Source: the human T2T-CHM13v2.0 reference genome, Homo sapiens
Length of the DNA: 64,000 nt
NCBI RefSeq assembly: GCF_009914755.1
Contig: NC_060926.1
Direction: 5' to 3' (one strand)
The notes under the pieces were generated by a model, which saw nothing but the letters and a program-made list of their open reading frames with translations, was not told where the DNA came from and did not search any database. This document shows positions 48,950 to 63,977 of this stretch, in pieces. The position numbers and the translations under genes were made by a program. Position 1 is the first letter of the stretch. Each line of letters opens with the position of its first letter.

Positions 48950-49120
48950 TTTTGTCTTTCTTCATTACCTCCCTCCTTCCATTTTCCTCTTTCTCTTCCT
49001 CCTCCCTTCTTTTTTCTCTCCCCTCTTCCTCGCTCCCACTCTCCCTTACTTCCCTCATTTCTTACTCTCTTTTCTGTCTTTTTATTTCTATATTCTTTAC
49101 TGATCTCTCTTTTTTCTTTC
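48950..49120. repeat. Polypyrimidine low-complexity tract
   Basis: Strongly C/T-biased run adjoining an L1 tail. Confidence 0.85.
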
Positions 49121-49648
49121 ACATTCAGGGGATACATGTGTAGGTTTGTTACATGGTAATACTACATGATGCTGAGGTTTGGTCTTTGAATCTATCACCC
49201 AGATAGTAAACATAGTACTCAATAGGCAATTGTTCAACCCTTTCCCCTCTCCGTCTCTCTTCCCTTTTGGAGTCCCCAGTGTCTATTGTTCCCATTATTA
49301 TGTTCATGTGTACCCAATGTTTAGCTCCCACTTATAAGTGAGAACAGAACATGTGGTATTTAGTTTTCTGTTTCTACATGAATTCACTTAGGATAATGGC
49401 CTCCAGTTGCATCCATGTTGCTGCAAAGGACATGATTTCATTCTTTTTTATGGCTGTGTGGTATTCCATAATGTATATGTACCACATTTTCTTTATCCAA
49501 TCCATTATTAATGGGCACCTAGGTTGATTCCATGTCTTTGCCATTGTGAATAGTGTTGTGATAAACATGCAAGTGCAGATGTCTTTTTGGCAGAATGATT
49601 TATTTTCCTTTGGTATATAGCTAGGAATGGGATTGCTAGGTTGAATGT
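49110..49648 (-). mobile_element. L1PA15/16-like 3' fragment
   Basis: ttcagggggatacatgtg-like start, catgatgctgaggtttgg, gctcccacttataagtgagaaca. Confidence 0.85.
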
Positions 49649-51169
49649 TTACTTATCTCTTGACTCATTAGGGAATTGATCCTTGGTGTTAACATTTTCA
49701 TTTCCTTTTGCCTTGCTTCTAGGGGATGAGTAAAGGAAGTCAAGTATAGGTATACACATATATGTCTTTGTTCTGTCTAACCTTCTGTTCCACAAAGAGC
49801 AAATCTCTGAAGTGAAATCTGAAGCCTGGGTCCTGGGTGACTTGCTCAATTTGTCTCACCTTAGGATGAGTCTGACAGGCAATATAATATAGAGGAAAAC
49901 CCAAAGGGATGACTAGGGCTTGTATGGAGGCTCTGATATCTACTCCCTGTATGATCTTTGGTGAATCACTTAACCACCCTGATATATAGTTTTATCAGCT
50001 GTAAAATGAAATATTTGGGTAACATGGCCCCTAAAATTTCTTCAGTGAATTTTCAAAGTTCAGTGCTGCATCACCTCTTTTTAGATTGTGTGGTTTCTGT
50101 GAGGCATACTTTTCCCAAATCAGCCCTGGTTTGCGTTTGTTTCAAATAGAATCATAGACTTAACATATGCGTGTCCCAGAACCAGGAAGAACAAAACACC
50201 TTTTCTCACTTATGCATAGATATGTGCATAAGCAGGCAAACTGCAAAGTTCTGCTTGGGCTATACAACTATTGAGAATATGGACCAGGTTGGAGGATCTA
50301 TAAGGGATTTCAACCTCTCTGTAATATTTTTTAAAATTATAATACACTTTGAGGAGAAGAATGTTTGTCTTAGAGTTGACAGAAGGCAATCAATAAAGTA
50401 GGAAGTTATTTCATGATTGTCTTGGCAGACATTTGATCAACAGTAGCGTTTGGATACTTACTTGACACACAAAAGGTACTAGGTGCTTTATTTATCAGCC
50501 AAAGAACACCACTGGGCCCTGACATAACCATGCTGGACTAAATGATAAATTACACCATGTACCAGGCCCCAGGTGCAATTGCCACTAGGTAAACACTAGT
50601 GAACAAAGGACATTGCCCTGTCAACCAGTAGAGAGGCACATGACATCCCAACAAAAGTCCCCATTCTCATCTCTGTTGTCATGAAGTTATATAAGGCATA
50701 CCTAGACTCAGACATTAGGAGGGAAACACAAGTAAGAAGATACTTGAAAGATTGTACATACTTATATGAGAGACTGATCTCTAAATGGACTATTTAAATC
50801 ATTGGATCCGACCAGACTTTAAACCATATTTTATATTTTTTTCTTTCTGCTAATTAATGTGTGGGAATTTGGAATGGGGGTGGTGGTAATTGGCGTAAGA
50901 CAACAGAATTAAATTTAGGCAGAATTAAAAGTATTCTCATTTTTCTTCAAATCCAAGTTATAGAGTGAGTTAAAATTTGTGACTCCATTAAAAAATAAAT
51001 AGGAAAAGTAAAGAAAATCCTAGTACACTGATCTCATAAAACATTTTCAGATGTGAGAAAAAAAAGAATGAAGACAGAACTTTGGTGGGTGGAAATGTGC
51101 AAATACACCATTAATTTTAGTGTAGGCTGAGTCCTAAAATCTAGAATAACAGCAATTATTATTTAAATT

Positions 51170-51725
51170 AATTCATTCATTTAGTTAAAATAGTTTTTAA
51201 TGGCTACCATGTGCCAGGCACTATGTTAGGCTCTGAGGATGCAATAATGAGCAAAAAAGCATAGTCCCTGCCTTCATGGAAATTAGTTTTGTGGGAGAGA
51301 CAGATAGTAGTCAATGGTCACACAAATGAATGTAAAATTACAGCAGTGATAATGTGCTTCAAAAGACAGCTAATAGTGACCTATGAGAATGCAACATGGA
51401 GGAAGGGATCAGGGAAAGTTTACACCCTGCAGGGCTAAAAGCTGAAGGGCTAAAGTCTCAGGACAAGACTAGTAAGCAGGGGATAGGGGAAATCCAAGGG
51501 TGAGGTCAGAGCAGAATGAGAAGTGTGCATAAAAGGTTTGTAGCTGGGGAGCAGCCACATAACAGGGGTGAGAGGGAGGCCAGGCCAAGGCAGCCCAAGC
51601 TAGGTGGGCCCTAAGAAGGGAACTGGTCTTTCTTCTAAGAGGAATGCAATGCCACTGAAATGCATTAAAGGTATTTATGCATCTTGAAAAGACAAACATA
51701 TCATTTCTGCTTTTAAAACTTACTC
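51170..51725 (-). mobile_element. L2 relic
   Basis: attcattcat...atgtgccaggcactatgttaggctctgaggat...gtccctgccttcatgga. Confidence 0.75.
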
Positions 51726-52437
51726 CCATTCACACACGCTTTGTTTTAGGTGGAAGTAAGGCAATGTTTTGCAGATAAATTGTGTTTAACTAACAGTTTT
51801 ATGTTTATTATTATTAATTACTCAGAAAGTGCCATCCAGCATCCCAAAAAAAGGAAAAGGTTTGCAAATTATCTGAGAATTTACTTGTATATTGAATGAT
51901 CAGTACATCATATCATGTGATTATTTCTCTTAAAGTTGCCTATTTTCTTTCAACTGACAGATTCAACTAATTAGTAATGGGCCTTATTAAGAGACTGGAT
52001 CCCCAATCTAGAGGATTTTGTAGGTTTCCTGAAGATGTTATTTTTATTTAACTGGGTATATATTAAGTGCTGCTTTGTGTGTGTGCATGCGTGTTCATGT
52101 GTGTTGAGATGTTAGATTAGGAAGGAGACAAGGATCATTGAGCAATGATACAATCTCATCCTTAGATCTCAACCACATAGAAAATTCTCAAATACATTTC
52201 TAAGAGTCCCATTGGCACTAAGCAATATGCATAAGTTATTACTAAATATAATACTACTATACCACTTTTAATTATAACAGTTTTGCAAACAGTTAACTAA
52301 CCCTTAAGAGCAACTGCAGTTTTGCCAAAATATATGTGTGTGTGTCTTTATTGCTATACCTGATTATACAGAGAATGCATATTTATAAATATGCACACAT
52401 CACGTAAGTAAAGAAGCAAAACAAAACGAATGTCTCA

Positions 52438-52766
52438 GGCCAGGCCCAGTGGGTGGCAGATACCTGTAATCCCAGTACTTTAGGGGCCTGAGGCAGGTGG
52501 GTAACTTGAGCCCTGGAATTTGAGACCAGCCTGGGCAACATGACAAAATCCCATCTCTACAAAAAATTTACAAAGAATTATCCAGGCAGGGTGGTGCATG
52601 CTTTTAGTTCCAGCTACTAGAGAGGCTGAGGTGGGACCCCCTGACCTGGGAAGTCGAGGCTACAGTGAGCTGTGATTGTGCCACTGCATTCCAGCCTGAG
52701 TGACAAAGTGAGACCCTGTCTAAAAAAAAAAAAAAAAACAAAACAAACAAAAAAAAAAATTAAAAA
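52438..52766 (+). mobile_element. AluJ
   Basis: Diverged dimer with cttgagccc; flanking gaatgtct on both sides. Confidence 0.9.
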
Positions 52767-53655
52767 GAAGAATGTCTTGAAGGGGGAGTAGAGCTAGCAC
52801 ACAGGCCACAGCTACTTGTTGTTCATAATAGTTGATAATAAACAGTGGAGCCTCTACATTTTTAAGGCACATTTTTGATATAGATGCATTAAAATAGTCA
52901 CATATAAACAGTGAAATCTAAGTTCCTTTGTCAAAAGGTTTTCCTTTGAGATAATCTAATAAATATATCCAATAATAAATTATTTTCCCACTTTTTAAAA
53001 AGTTTTTTCCTTTCACTTTTGTTACATTTTCTTGTTGCTGGTTTGATGCTTGTCGTGTATTTTACACTGTCCTTTCTTAAAACAGGAGACTCATAAACCT
53101 AAAGCAATTCCATTCCTGGCCCAAAATGCAAATGCTGGTCAGTGTATTATAGAGGGGGAAGTTTTTTGACTTCTCCACTACCCAACTCAGGGAGTTGTGA
53201 GGGTTTGCTATCCTGAAATTTGTTTCTGGAAGACAAGTTCTACTTGTGGTAGCAGAGTAGACTCTATTCTCTGTGACATATGTGGACCATCTCTTTACCA
53301 CCTATTTTATGTGGGCAACATAACCATCACACACTACTAATTTTCTCCAACCATGAAAAAAATTACAAGCCATTATATATAGTAAACCAACTTTATCTGT
53401 TGTTGTTGATGCCTGTGTCCATATCAGTTATATTTATTTCCTGGGCAACTCATGTGCTTTGCTTGAAAAGAAAAAAAGAATCCAAAACAATTCAACAAAT
53501 AACAAACAGAAGGCAAAAAAAAAAAAAAGTGTTGTTGCTTCATTTACTTTTGTTTTGATTCCAAGTCTAGAAGGCTACATATTTGACTGTGTTGGACAAT
53601 TAATAATTTCATTAAAGATACTTATTTGTAAATACCAACATAAAGTTGGTACTCA

Positions 53656-54375
<720 letters not shown>

Positions 54376-54404
54376 TTATTTAAAAGACTTATGGTACTTT
54401 CTTT

Positions 54405-54536
54405 TCTGTACTATGCTCACTATGGGGTATGGAACCCATACCCCAAACCTCAGAATCATGCCATATACCAATGTAACAAACCTGCACACGTACCCCCTGT
54501 ACCTAAAATAAAAGTTGAAATTATTTTTTAAAAAAG
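54405..54536 (+). mobile_element. Short L1PA15/16-like 3' end
   Basis: ccccaaacctcagaatcatgccatataccaatgtaacaaacctgcacacgtaccccctgtacctaaaataaaagttgaa. Confidence 0.8.
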
Positions 54537-54537
54537 A

Positions 54538-54873
<336 letters not shown>

Positions 54874-55278
54874 TTATATCATAAAGGACCTTTTGAAGAT
54901 CCACATAGTCTTCCTTTTTAGTCCATGCCTCGTAGGTAGCAGTTTCCTGACACATAGTAGTGTCTATAGCAACATGAATAACAAGGTAATAGTACATCCA
55001 GGACCAGTCCTAGACAAATAGTTATACCATTTAATCTCCTTTTAAGGAAATTCTAATATTCCTGACACACTCAGATGCCAGCCCCTAAAATAGACTCTAC
55101 TCTGTGACATAACTTACTCTTGCATTTTGTCAGGTCCTGGTAGAGAGAAATTGATGTGGCGTGTCTTTAAGTGGCTATGTCTTTTCTATTAATACCAGTC
55201 ACCATTCTGCTGGTAGCATATTGCTTCTTAACCATAAAGAGAGTGCAGCACATGACCCAGGCTGGGCCACACTGTAAC

Positions 55279-55803
55279 TGCTTCAGTTATCTATTCCTGC
55301 ATAACAAGCCACTCTATAACTTAGTGACTTAAAACAACTGTAATTTCTGTGATTCAGTGCAGGGACAGCTTATCTGTGCTCCAGGTGGTGTAGGTGGAGT
55401 TGACTGAGTTACTCATGCGGCAGCATTCAGCTGGGAGCTTAATGGGGGATGAAATGTCCAAAATGGCTTCAGTTACATACCTGACGCCTCAGCTGGGATG
55501 TGGAAAGGCTGGTGTGCTGTGGTTTTTCTCTAAGTACTAGAGCACTCATCATTCACTGCTTACTCCAGCTTTTTTACATGGCAGTTGACTTCCAAGAAGA
55601 CACCAGTCTCTTACAACTTAGGCATGCAACCATCACACATCACAGCATCATTTCTGCCACATTCTATTGGTCATAGCGAGACACAGGGTCAGTGCAGATT
55701 CTGGGTAGAGGATAGATTCTTCCCTCCTGATGACGGGTGTACCATGCAATGTACAGAAAGAGAGACAACTGTTGACAGCCATGTTTGTAAACAGTCTACC
55801 ACA
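55279..55803 (-). mobile_element. MaLR solo LTR, MLT1H-like (inside an older + strand MLT1 relic ~55200-56200)
   Basis: cagttatctattcctgcataacaagccactc...ttctgccacattctattggtca...ctaccaca. Confidence 0.75.
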
Positions 55804-57092
55804 GTCCTTACTTTAAATGGTTGATCATCCTGGTCACTCTCCCCCACAGTAGACCTGAGAAGAACTAGGCAAAAGTACCTCTCTGGATTGCCAAATGGAA
55901 AGTAGGAAAGATTTTTAAAGGAGCAACAAGCAAATAACAACAACAGCAACAAACAACTTTTTCCTGTTTTTATTAATCTGGAAAGATGTAAGTCCTGTGC
56001 TGATAGTGGCCATTTTCTCTGCTGCATAAGAAGACCCCTCTGCCATTAGGAAAGGATGTAGTCAACCCAAGAAACAGGAATGAAGAAAAAAGAAAGAGAG
56101 AAACAGAGAAAACAGATAATTCCTGGTTCTGGTGTTGAGATCAGCTTAATTTGCTTAAACTAAATTGAAATAGGTTTTCTTTATTTTCAATCCAGAGGTT
56201 TTCAAAAGATAGAAAAATCTTTGTGAGCTAAAGTCACCATCTAAAATATTTAGTCACAAGAATTTTGTGTTTTTGGAGAGTTGCACAGGAATTAGGGAAA
56301 GTTTGAAAAGAAAAACATCAGTTTAAGTTAAGCACTAAAGAAAACTCTCTGTGGCTTTTTAATCCCAGTATTGATTTTTGTAAGGCAAAAATCCACCACT
56401 TTAATTATATGTGATTCTTTGCTCTCTAAAAATAATGTGAAAAGAGAACATTTTAAATGCTATCACCGGCTAGCTTAGCATTAAGAACATTTAATCACAC
56501 ATTGTTTTCAGATGAGGTTACTCTATGAATATGCTCTCAACAGGAGTAAGAAAGAAAATTAATATACCAACACTATATATTTGTGTGGCACTCTAAAACC
56601 AAAAGTGTGAATAACATTTTAGAGGAGTATTTTACTTAATATTCTGGGTACTTTTTTATACTGAAGTAAATAATAGATTGGGTTTAATCTGACTTAATAG
56701 AATTTGAAGCTGTGTTAACTAATACTGTGTAAAAGTTATGATAACAACATGTATAATTTATTCATTATTTATTGTGGGCTAGGCACAAGGGAAATTGCTT
56801 TATATGTGTAATAGACCATCAGTGAAATTTTTCCTTTTGTACCAGAACTGCGGTATAGAATAAATAGGGTTAGGTATATCCCTATCCTTATACACTCTTT
56901 GAGGGCAGAGACTTTGCTTGCTATTGAATCATTCCTAACTGAAGCTATGCATAAGGCAAAAAAGAATACCTCATCATAGTGACTCAACTAAATATGGGAT
57001 TATTTTTAAGCAAATCAAGAAGTCCAGAGGCAATAAGTCAAGACTGGTGAAGTTACTCCAAGATGTTATGAAGGACCTGGTCATCTTTATTA

Positions 57093-57235
57093 CAGGTTGA
57101 GTATCACTAATTTAAAACTCTAAAATCTGAAATGCTCCAGAATCTGAAACTTTCTGAGCACTGACATGATACTCAAAGGATATGTTCATTGAAACATTTT
57201 GGATTTCAGATTTTTGAATAAGAGATGCTCAACCT
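57093..57235. mobile_element. Tigger4/MER46 (Zombi) MITE fragment
   Basis: TA|caggttgagtatc...gaaatgctccagaatctgaaactttctgagcactgacatga...gatgctcaacct. Confidence 0.85.
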
Positions 57236-57258
57236 CCAAGGCCTATTTGAAAGCCAAA

Positions 57259-57943
57259 TGTTGTGAGAGTAGGAAAAACCTGTGGACCCAGCTCCCTTAA
57301 CATGGGAAAGATGAAAGGAGTATTTGACATGTATCCTGCATGCTTTAAAATATAGTTTATATTACATTCAATTTTGAAGGATAGGAAGGCCCATAGATAA
57401 GGAAATGATTGCCTTTGCAAAGATAGTGTAGTACTCACAGCTTCCAAGAGGAGCAGGCTTGCCACGCCATAAGGGACCACACAGGAGGCATGGGACAGCC
57501 ACGAGAGAGGGGTGGGAGTAGTATGGGCAAGAGCCTGTATTGTGGTTTCTGTGAGAAGGAGCAGGTGAGGGAGGCACTCAGCCTTAAGATGGCTAGTTTG
57601 AATAATTTCAGTGGGCTCTGATGCATAAGGATGTCCCTAGTTGTTTGGTACTTGGCCTTAGGGTAATTAGGGCACCGGTGTATAGTGGCTGAGAGTGTGG
57701 GAGCCCTGTAAAGGAGGTGACTGGGAGTGTGGACTCTGGACTGGATTGTATTTGGAAAGCCTACCTCTAGGAGAGGGATATGGCAGAGGGGGGCAGTTTG
57801 CTAAATGAAGGAAGAAGCAGGAGACCAAGGCCAGGTGACCCAGGCATATTATCATGTTGTTCAGAACAAGACGTGTCTAGCATATACACATAGGGCCAAT
57901 GTTAAAGCATCAAGTTTACAGAAGCTAGTGACATGATTAATAC
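57259..57943 (-). mobile_element. ERVL solo LTR, MER54/MER74-group
   Basis: ggctagtttgaataatttcagtgggctct core; ends aaagcatcaagtttacagaagctagtgacatgattaatac. Confidence 0.65.
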
Positions 57944-58440
57944 CCCTTGAAGACTGAGGTTTCCACTCCTATGTTAGAGATTTCTGATGGCTAGAAGCTC
58001 ATAGGAATTGTCAGAGCCAAAGGTGCTCGAAGAGACCAAGTTGTAGAGAACATCAGAGAAGATAGGTCAATCCCCCTCCATCTCAGTTCTCCATAGCTTT
58101 CAAGGGGTCCAAGGAGCTCAAGGGTTGCAGTGGCTTCACAAGAAGCAACAGATAAAAATAAAGGGCAGAAGCCATGTTCTTGTATCAGGTAAAGCCTCCT
58201 CCCCACACCGGCAAATAGTAGTCACTTGAGCAGAATCACCTCTCTCTCCTTAATTGTTGGGGGAGGGAGACATCCTAGAAGTGACTGAATCCTAGAGGCT
58301 GAAGCCTGTGGGAATGGAAACTAGGAGAAAGATAGAGAGGAATCAACACATAAAATATAGAAATGCACATTGTGCTCTACTCCTGCTCACATGCTCCAAG
58401 TTTGAGCTTTGAAAAAACATGAAATTATGAGATTGAAGGG

Positions 58441-58533
58441 TTTTTTTAAAATTATACTTAAGTTCTGGGATACATGTGCAGAATGTGCAGGTTTGTTACA
58501 TAGGTATACGTGTGCCATGGTGGTTTGCTGCCA
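58441..58533 (-). mobile_element. Very short (~90 bp) L1PA7/8-like 3' end
   Basis: ttatacttaagttctgggatacatgtgcag...ggtttgctgc; flanks gagattgaag / gagactgaag. Confidence 0.85.
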
Positions 58534-59483
58534 GGAGACTGAAGTCTTAAAATCACCAGGAACGAGTCTTATCTGCTTATATGGATACTATTCTGATATA
58601 TCAATAATATGTTATTCTGTAAGCAAAGGTGACTTTACAGTTAGGGCGTCTGACTATGATGTTATCAAAGGAACTGCCACAATTTAGGGAAATTAGGTTA
58701 AATCGATTCATGTTTATATACCAGTAGGTTGACACAATGAGTTATATACACGCAATCTTGGCTAGTCTTTATGGTAAATATTATTAAATCTATTTGACAG
58801 ATGAGGAAACAGAGGCTCAGAGAGGTAAACTAAATAAACAGTTTGAAGTGGCAGAGCTGTAATGTGAACTCAGATTTGTAAGATGCCAAATGCCTGAATT
58901 CTTAAGTCCTGAACTACACAAATTTGAGTCTTGCTGGTTGGTTTTGTTCCTAATATTGTATTCTGAATTTATTTATCCTCTTTTACCTAAAGATTTTATT
59001 TTAATCTGCATATAAATACATAAAGACTCACAAGATCATCTAATTTTTTTGACTGAGCAGTTGAAAAGGTAGGTGCCATACAGGCCAGAGGTGGCTGTGG
59101 AGCCCAGATCCGCATGTAGAGTTTCAGGCTCCTTGGACTAGTCTTTCTTTTAGTTTGTCACATCACATCTTTAATGTTAGTCATCATTATCATTTGTTAA
59201 TTTCAATCTTCTTTACAAATAAGAAACAGGTTTGTGACTATCATCCTAGTTGCTAAAATTTAAGCCAGGAGCCGAGAAGGCAGGGTTCTAATCTCAGTTC
59301 TGCCCCTAAACAGTTTGTGTAGCCTGGGACAATTTCTTTAACCACTTTTGGTTCCAGTTTTTCATGCATAAAATGAAAAGATTTGACTAAATGATTCCTA
59401 TAGTTCCCTTCAGTTTTATCTTTTCAAATTGATATGACAAAGTCCAATCTTCTTTCTACAAGACTACTAAGTAATTTTTTCTT

Positions 59484-59842
59484 TTTTTTTTTTTCCAATT
59501 TATTTCCATAGGTAGCTGGGGAACAGATGGTGTTTGGTTACATGAGTAAATTCTTTAGTGGTGATTTGTGAGATTTTGGTGCACCCATCACCTGAGCAAT
59601 ATATACTGCACCCTGTTTGTAGTCTTTTATCCCTCACCCCCTTTCCACCCTTTCCCCCTGAGTCTCCAAAGTCCATTGTGTCATTCTTGCACCTTTGGAT
59701 CCTCATAGCTTAGCTCCCACTTATGAGCGAGAACATATGATGTTTGGTTTTCCATTCCTGAGTTACTTCACTTAGAATAATAGTCTCCAATCTCATTCAG
59801 GTGGCTGTGAATGCCATTAATTCATTTCTTTTTATGGCTGAG
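59484..59842 (-). mobile_element. L1PB1-like 3' fragment
   Basis: Antisense L1PB1 3' UTR; TSD agactac(ta/ac)agtaattttttctt at 59461-59483 and 59843-59865. Confidence 0.9.
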
Positions 59843-60954
59843 AGACTACACAGTAATTTTTTCTTAAAGTGTACCCTTTTATTCCACATAAAAACAGTCT
59901 TGCAGGAAAAAGCTCAGATTGCCAAATCCCTGACTCCTTGAACCATTTGAGAGGTGGAGAAACTGAAGCCCAGGTAGGATAAATGATTGTTACTTAGCCT
60001 TAGATGTATGTTAAAAATATATATATATACTTCACATACAGAACTCTAGCTTGGCTTTTTAACGTGCCTTTCCTTGTATCCTGCCATCAATAACGCTAGT
60101 GTGTGAAAAAAGCACAGTATCAGGTAGAAAGTATGTAAACTGCTAAAATTTAATTTTGTTTCAAAAAGCATTTCATTGAAATGATTAAATCACTTTTCTA
60201 AAAAATGACAGGATGCATCATCTGTCGTGGAAGGAAGCGTGTTTTGGTTACCACTTCAGAACTTCTGTTCAGATTGTCCAAGGCATGTGTTATGAGAGGA
60301 AGAAGCACTTCCTAGGTCACTGAGCATTTGCTGCTGAACATATGCTATCTCACAATGGCATACATCCACAGCTTTTTTATTACATAGTGATCTGAATATT
60401 TTATGGATATTCTGAATGGTGAGATAATTGATGATAGAACACTGGAGGAAAGAGTTGATAGCTTTTTTTTTTTGTTGGTAGCATTTATCAGATTGTCAAT
60501 TAAATGCTTGTCATGTGGTAAAGGAAAAATATTTATTGCTGAAGCAGACATCTAGACAGACCTTCAACCAAAAGTGTGGTACATGTGAGAAGGCACAAAG
60601 ATATGCACCTTTGGAATGACGGATTGCTCTTTTTTGTCAGCTGAGAAGGACGAAAGGTTTCAAATTAACAACAAAGATTGGGGTGGCTTATCTTGTTTAA
60701 AGTTTATTGATAAAAGATGAAAGTATTTGCATTTCTTTCATAGATATGTAAGACTAATTTGCTAACAGAAATATTATCTGCCTCAAACAATTTTGGGGAA
60801 GAGGCCAGGTATAAAAACTTTAAGGCTTTGAAATATTTATGTGCAGTGTACTGAAGTGTACTGAAGAAAACTATGTACTAATCCAGAAAAATCAGTTTTA
60901 AGGTGCTTCTCATCTACATGAATTATTTATTTTTATTTGCTGGAAATTGGTTAA

Positions 60955-61170
60955 TTCCCTAGTACATGCTCCCATAGTGCTCTGTACTCAACCTTTGGTG
61001 AGATTCTCAGCTCTCTTGTAATTACGCACATTTCGCACATCCTCCTCAATAGACTACAAACTCCATGGGAAGAGAGACCATGTCTGTCACATTTATGTCC
61101 ATAACTGCCAATGCCAAGTATCGGGCTAGACACAGAGTAGGGGTCTATCGATATTTGATGATTAGTTGGT
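60955..61170 (+). mobile_element. L2 3' end relic
   Basis: tagactacaaactccatgggaagagagaccatgtctg...gacacagagtaggggtc. Confidence 0.65.
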
Positions 61171-62489
61171 AATTGCCTAAAAGGGAGTTTTTCTAACATA
61201 TAAGAAATTGAATGATAAAGCAGTTAGTTGATATTTACCACTCACTTGTAAAATTCTGCCCCAGAGTTCTCTAACAGTAGAAAGTACCTATATTATTTTT
61301 AGTGCAACAATGGTAACACTAAATCAAAGACTTATTAAGTGTATGAAAAAAACATCTTAATTTCTTCAGCGCATAGAAGAGACTGCTCTGAGAACTCTAA
61401 ATTATTTTGTAATAATGAGCACAGCTAGTGTGGTAAGTAAAATTTCAGTCTGAAAACTTTTTCTGTGACACTGCACAATGAACTTTTTCTTATTTTTAAA
61501 AATCATCTGGTCAGTTGTTTTGATAATATTCACATATCATAATTGTGTTCATATTTTTGTACTATGACTAGTTTTATTATAATGAGTACAAATCTTCAGT
61601 TCTCTAAATTTCAGGATCTATCACTCTAATATCTGTGCATACTTGTATTTTAATAGTTACTTTTTGTTGATACTGTTGTGAATTTTGTGTTCTTTCTAGA
61701 GTGTCCCATAGCAACTAAAATTTTTACTACTTTCTCAAGGCCAGGCACACGAAATAGGCTTAAAATTACAGTTTACTAAATAACCTTTGAAAGTAATCTC
61801 TAGATAGAAGTAATCCACTAATGATATCCTGATATGCAACAGCTTTGCCATTCATTTTGGCAGCCTTTAGATCACGTTCTGCAGGGCAAGGCTCTCGCAA
61901 ATGCCTAATATGGTTGGAAATCTGGGGCTGTGGTGGGTTTAATAAGTCCCAGTCTCTCTACAGAAACCAAATTCAAATACATTGTCACGATTTTTGGAGC
62001 AGCAACTGAGAGTCACTTAATATTAGAAAGAGCTGGTTCCAGGGGACCAACTCTATCCCCTGAAGTCAACTAACAATTTTTAGTTTGCTTATTCTTTCCC
62101 AGCTCGCTCACCCTAAATTATAGAGCTTTCATTTCTTTGGCTACCGCTAAAAAATGACATCAAACCAGGAGAAGGTCATCAAGTTCATACCTTCAATGTG
62201 TTCTTACTAACTGTATTTGAAAAAAACTTCAGCATCCTCAATTCTATAGACTTTTATTATCTGAGACACTCTTAAATACCTGATATCATTTCCAGATTGT
62301 TTAACATATCAGAAACTGATTGTCTTGGCCTCATACCACAAGACCAATTATTCTACCAGATTAAGAGATGAGGAAGAGGAATCTGTTTTATTTTTATTTT
62401 AATACCATTAAAAAAGTGATGCAAAATTTAAAAGCAAGCTTGCCTTTAAAATCATAATACCATTATAACTTTTCTACAACTAATAAATA

Positions 62490-62680
62490 TTTGTTGAATA
62501 CTCCATGTGCCAGCACCATGCTCATTTATGGTTTTCAGTAACTTCATGAGCTGATACTAATCTCCACTTCACAGATGCGGGGACTGAGGCTTAGAAGGAG
62601 TAAGTGACACACTTAAACTTATACAACTGGGAAGCAACGGACCAGCATTCAAACAGGGACTAACCACTGATACCAGGAAC
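62490..62680 (-). mobile_element. MIR SINE
   Basis: atgtgccagcacc...ccacttcacagatgcggggactgaggcttaga. Confidence 0.7.
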
Positions 62681-62839
62681 TGACTACTATGCTACAAAGC
62701 TAAGGTGCTATAGGTATCAGGAGCAGGAAGTTTTTGAGCCATGTTGATGCAACTCATCCTTGTTTCAAAAAGTAGGTTATTGAGATCTCGAGTAGATATT
62801 ACAAAATCACAAAGGCAAAAGATGGAATATTGAAGACAT

Positions 62840-63135
<296 letters not shown>

Positions 63136-63977
63136 TTATTGCTGCCGTAAAAATCACTATTTAGATCCCAACATTCACCTATTTTAACATGCAGACATGA
63201 AAACTAAGAAACATGAGCATTTGTATAAAGGGCAATTTTGAGTATTGAGACTTCAATATTATAGTAACAGAAAAATCAATAAATGATGTTTGGTATGTGT
63301 TGGGAGCAGGGAGTGGTAGACAGATGTGTTCTTATTTAAACCAATGGATGACTTTTATTTAAACCAGAAAGACTTTAAATATTAAAATAAAGGAAGATGC
63401 CTGGACTAATTGCTGAGTACCTTCCACAAACTAAGTTTGGAAAACATAGGAAATACACAGGTGCTTTGGATACTTTGAAAATGGGAGCACATGGAAGGTT
63501 GGGCAGCTTATCTTTATCAACTGTGAGCAGTAGCTTCTGATTTTCTTTCCAGCCCTAGAGCTATATTGTGGAACCACCCAGATGACAGTAAATCCATAAT
63601 ACATTTCCCAGATCATCATTCTTCTGTTAAATTTTTTCCTTTTCCTTCATCCATGCTCAAGCATATTTCCTAATGTAGGTGCTCCCAACAAGACACTCAC
63701 TTAGACCTTCATCCTCCTCCTCCCCATTTAGTGCTAAGTTTATTTCTCCAATCATTATCTCACCCTTCCTTCCAGAATATGAGCTTACCAGTGCACTGAC
63801 CCAAGATCGCTTTCCAGTTCCCACGAACCCTTTTGCTCTTTAGTGGCACCTTCTTAATGTACCCTCTATCACTGATTCATCCAGGCATATCTGTGTCCAC
63901 ACTCTTCTCAAAGTTTCTGAATAACCTCACTGATGCTTTTAGTCACTGGACTTTTCAACTAAAATTAATCACGTGGT

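Noticed and set aside
60205-60230. Small hairpin gacaggatgcatcatctgtc
   Set aside because: Too short and imperfect to exceed chance
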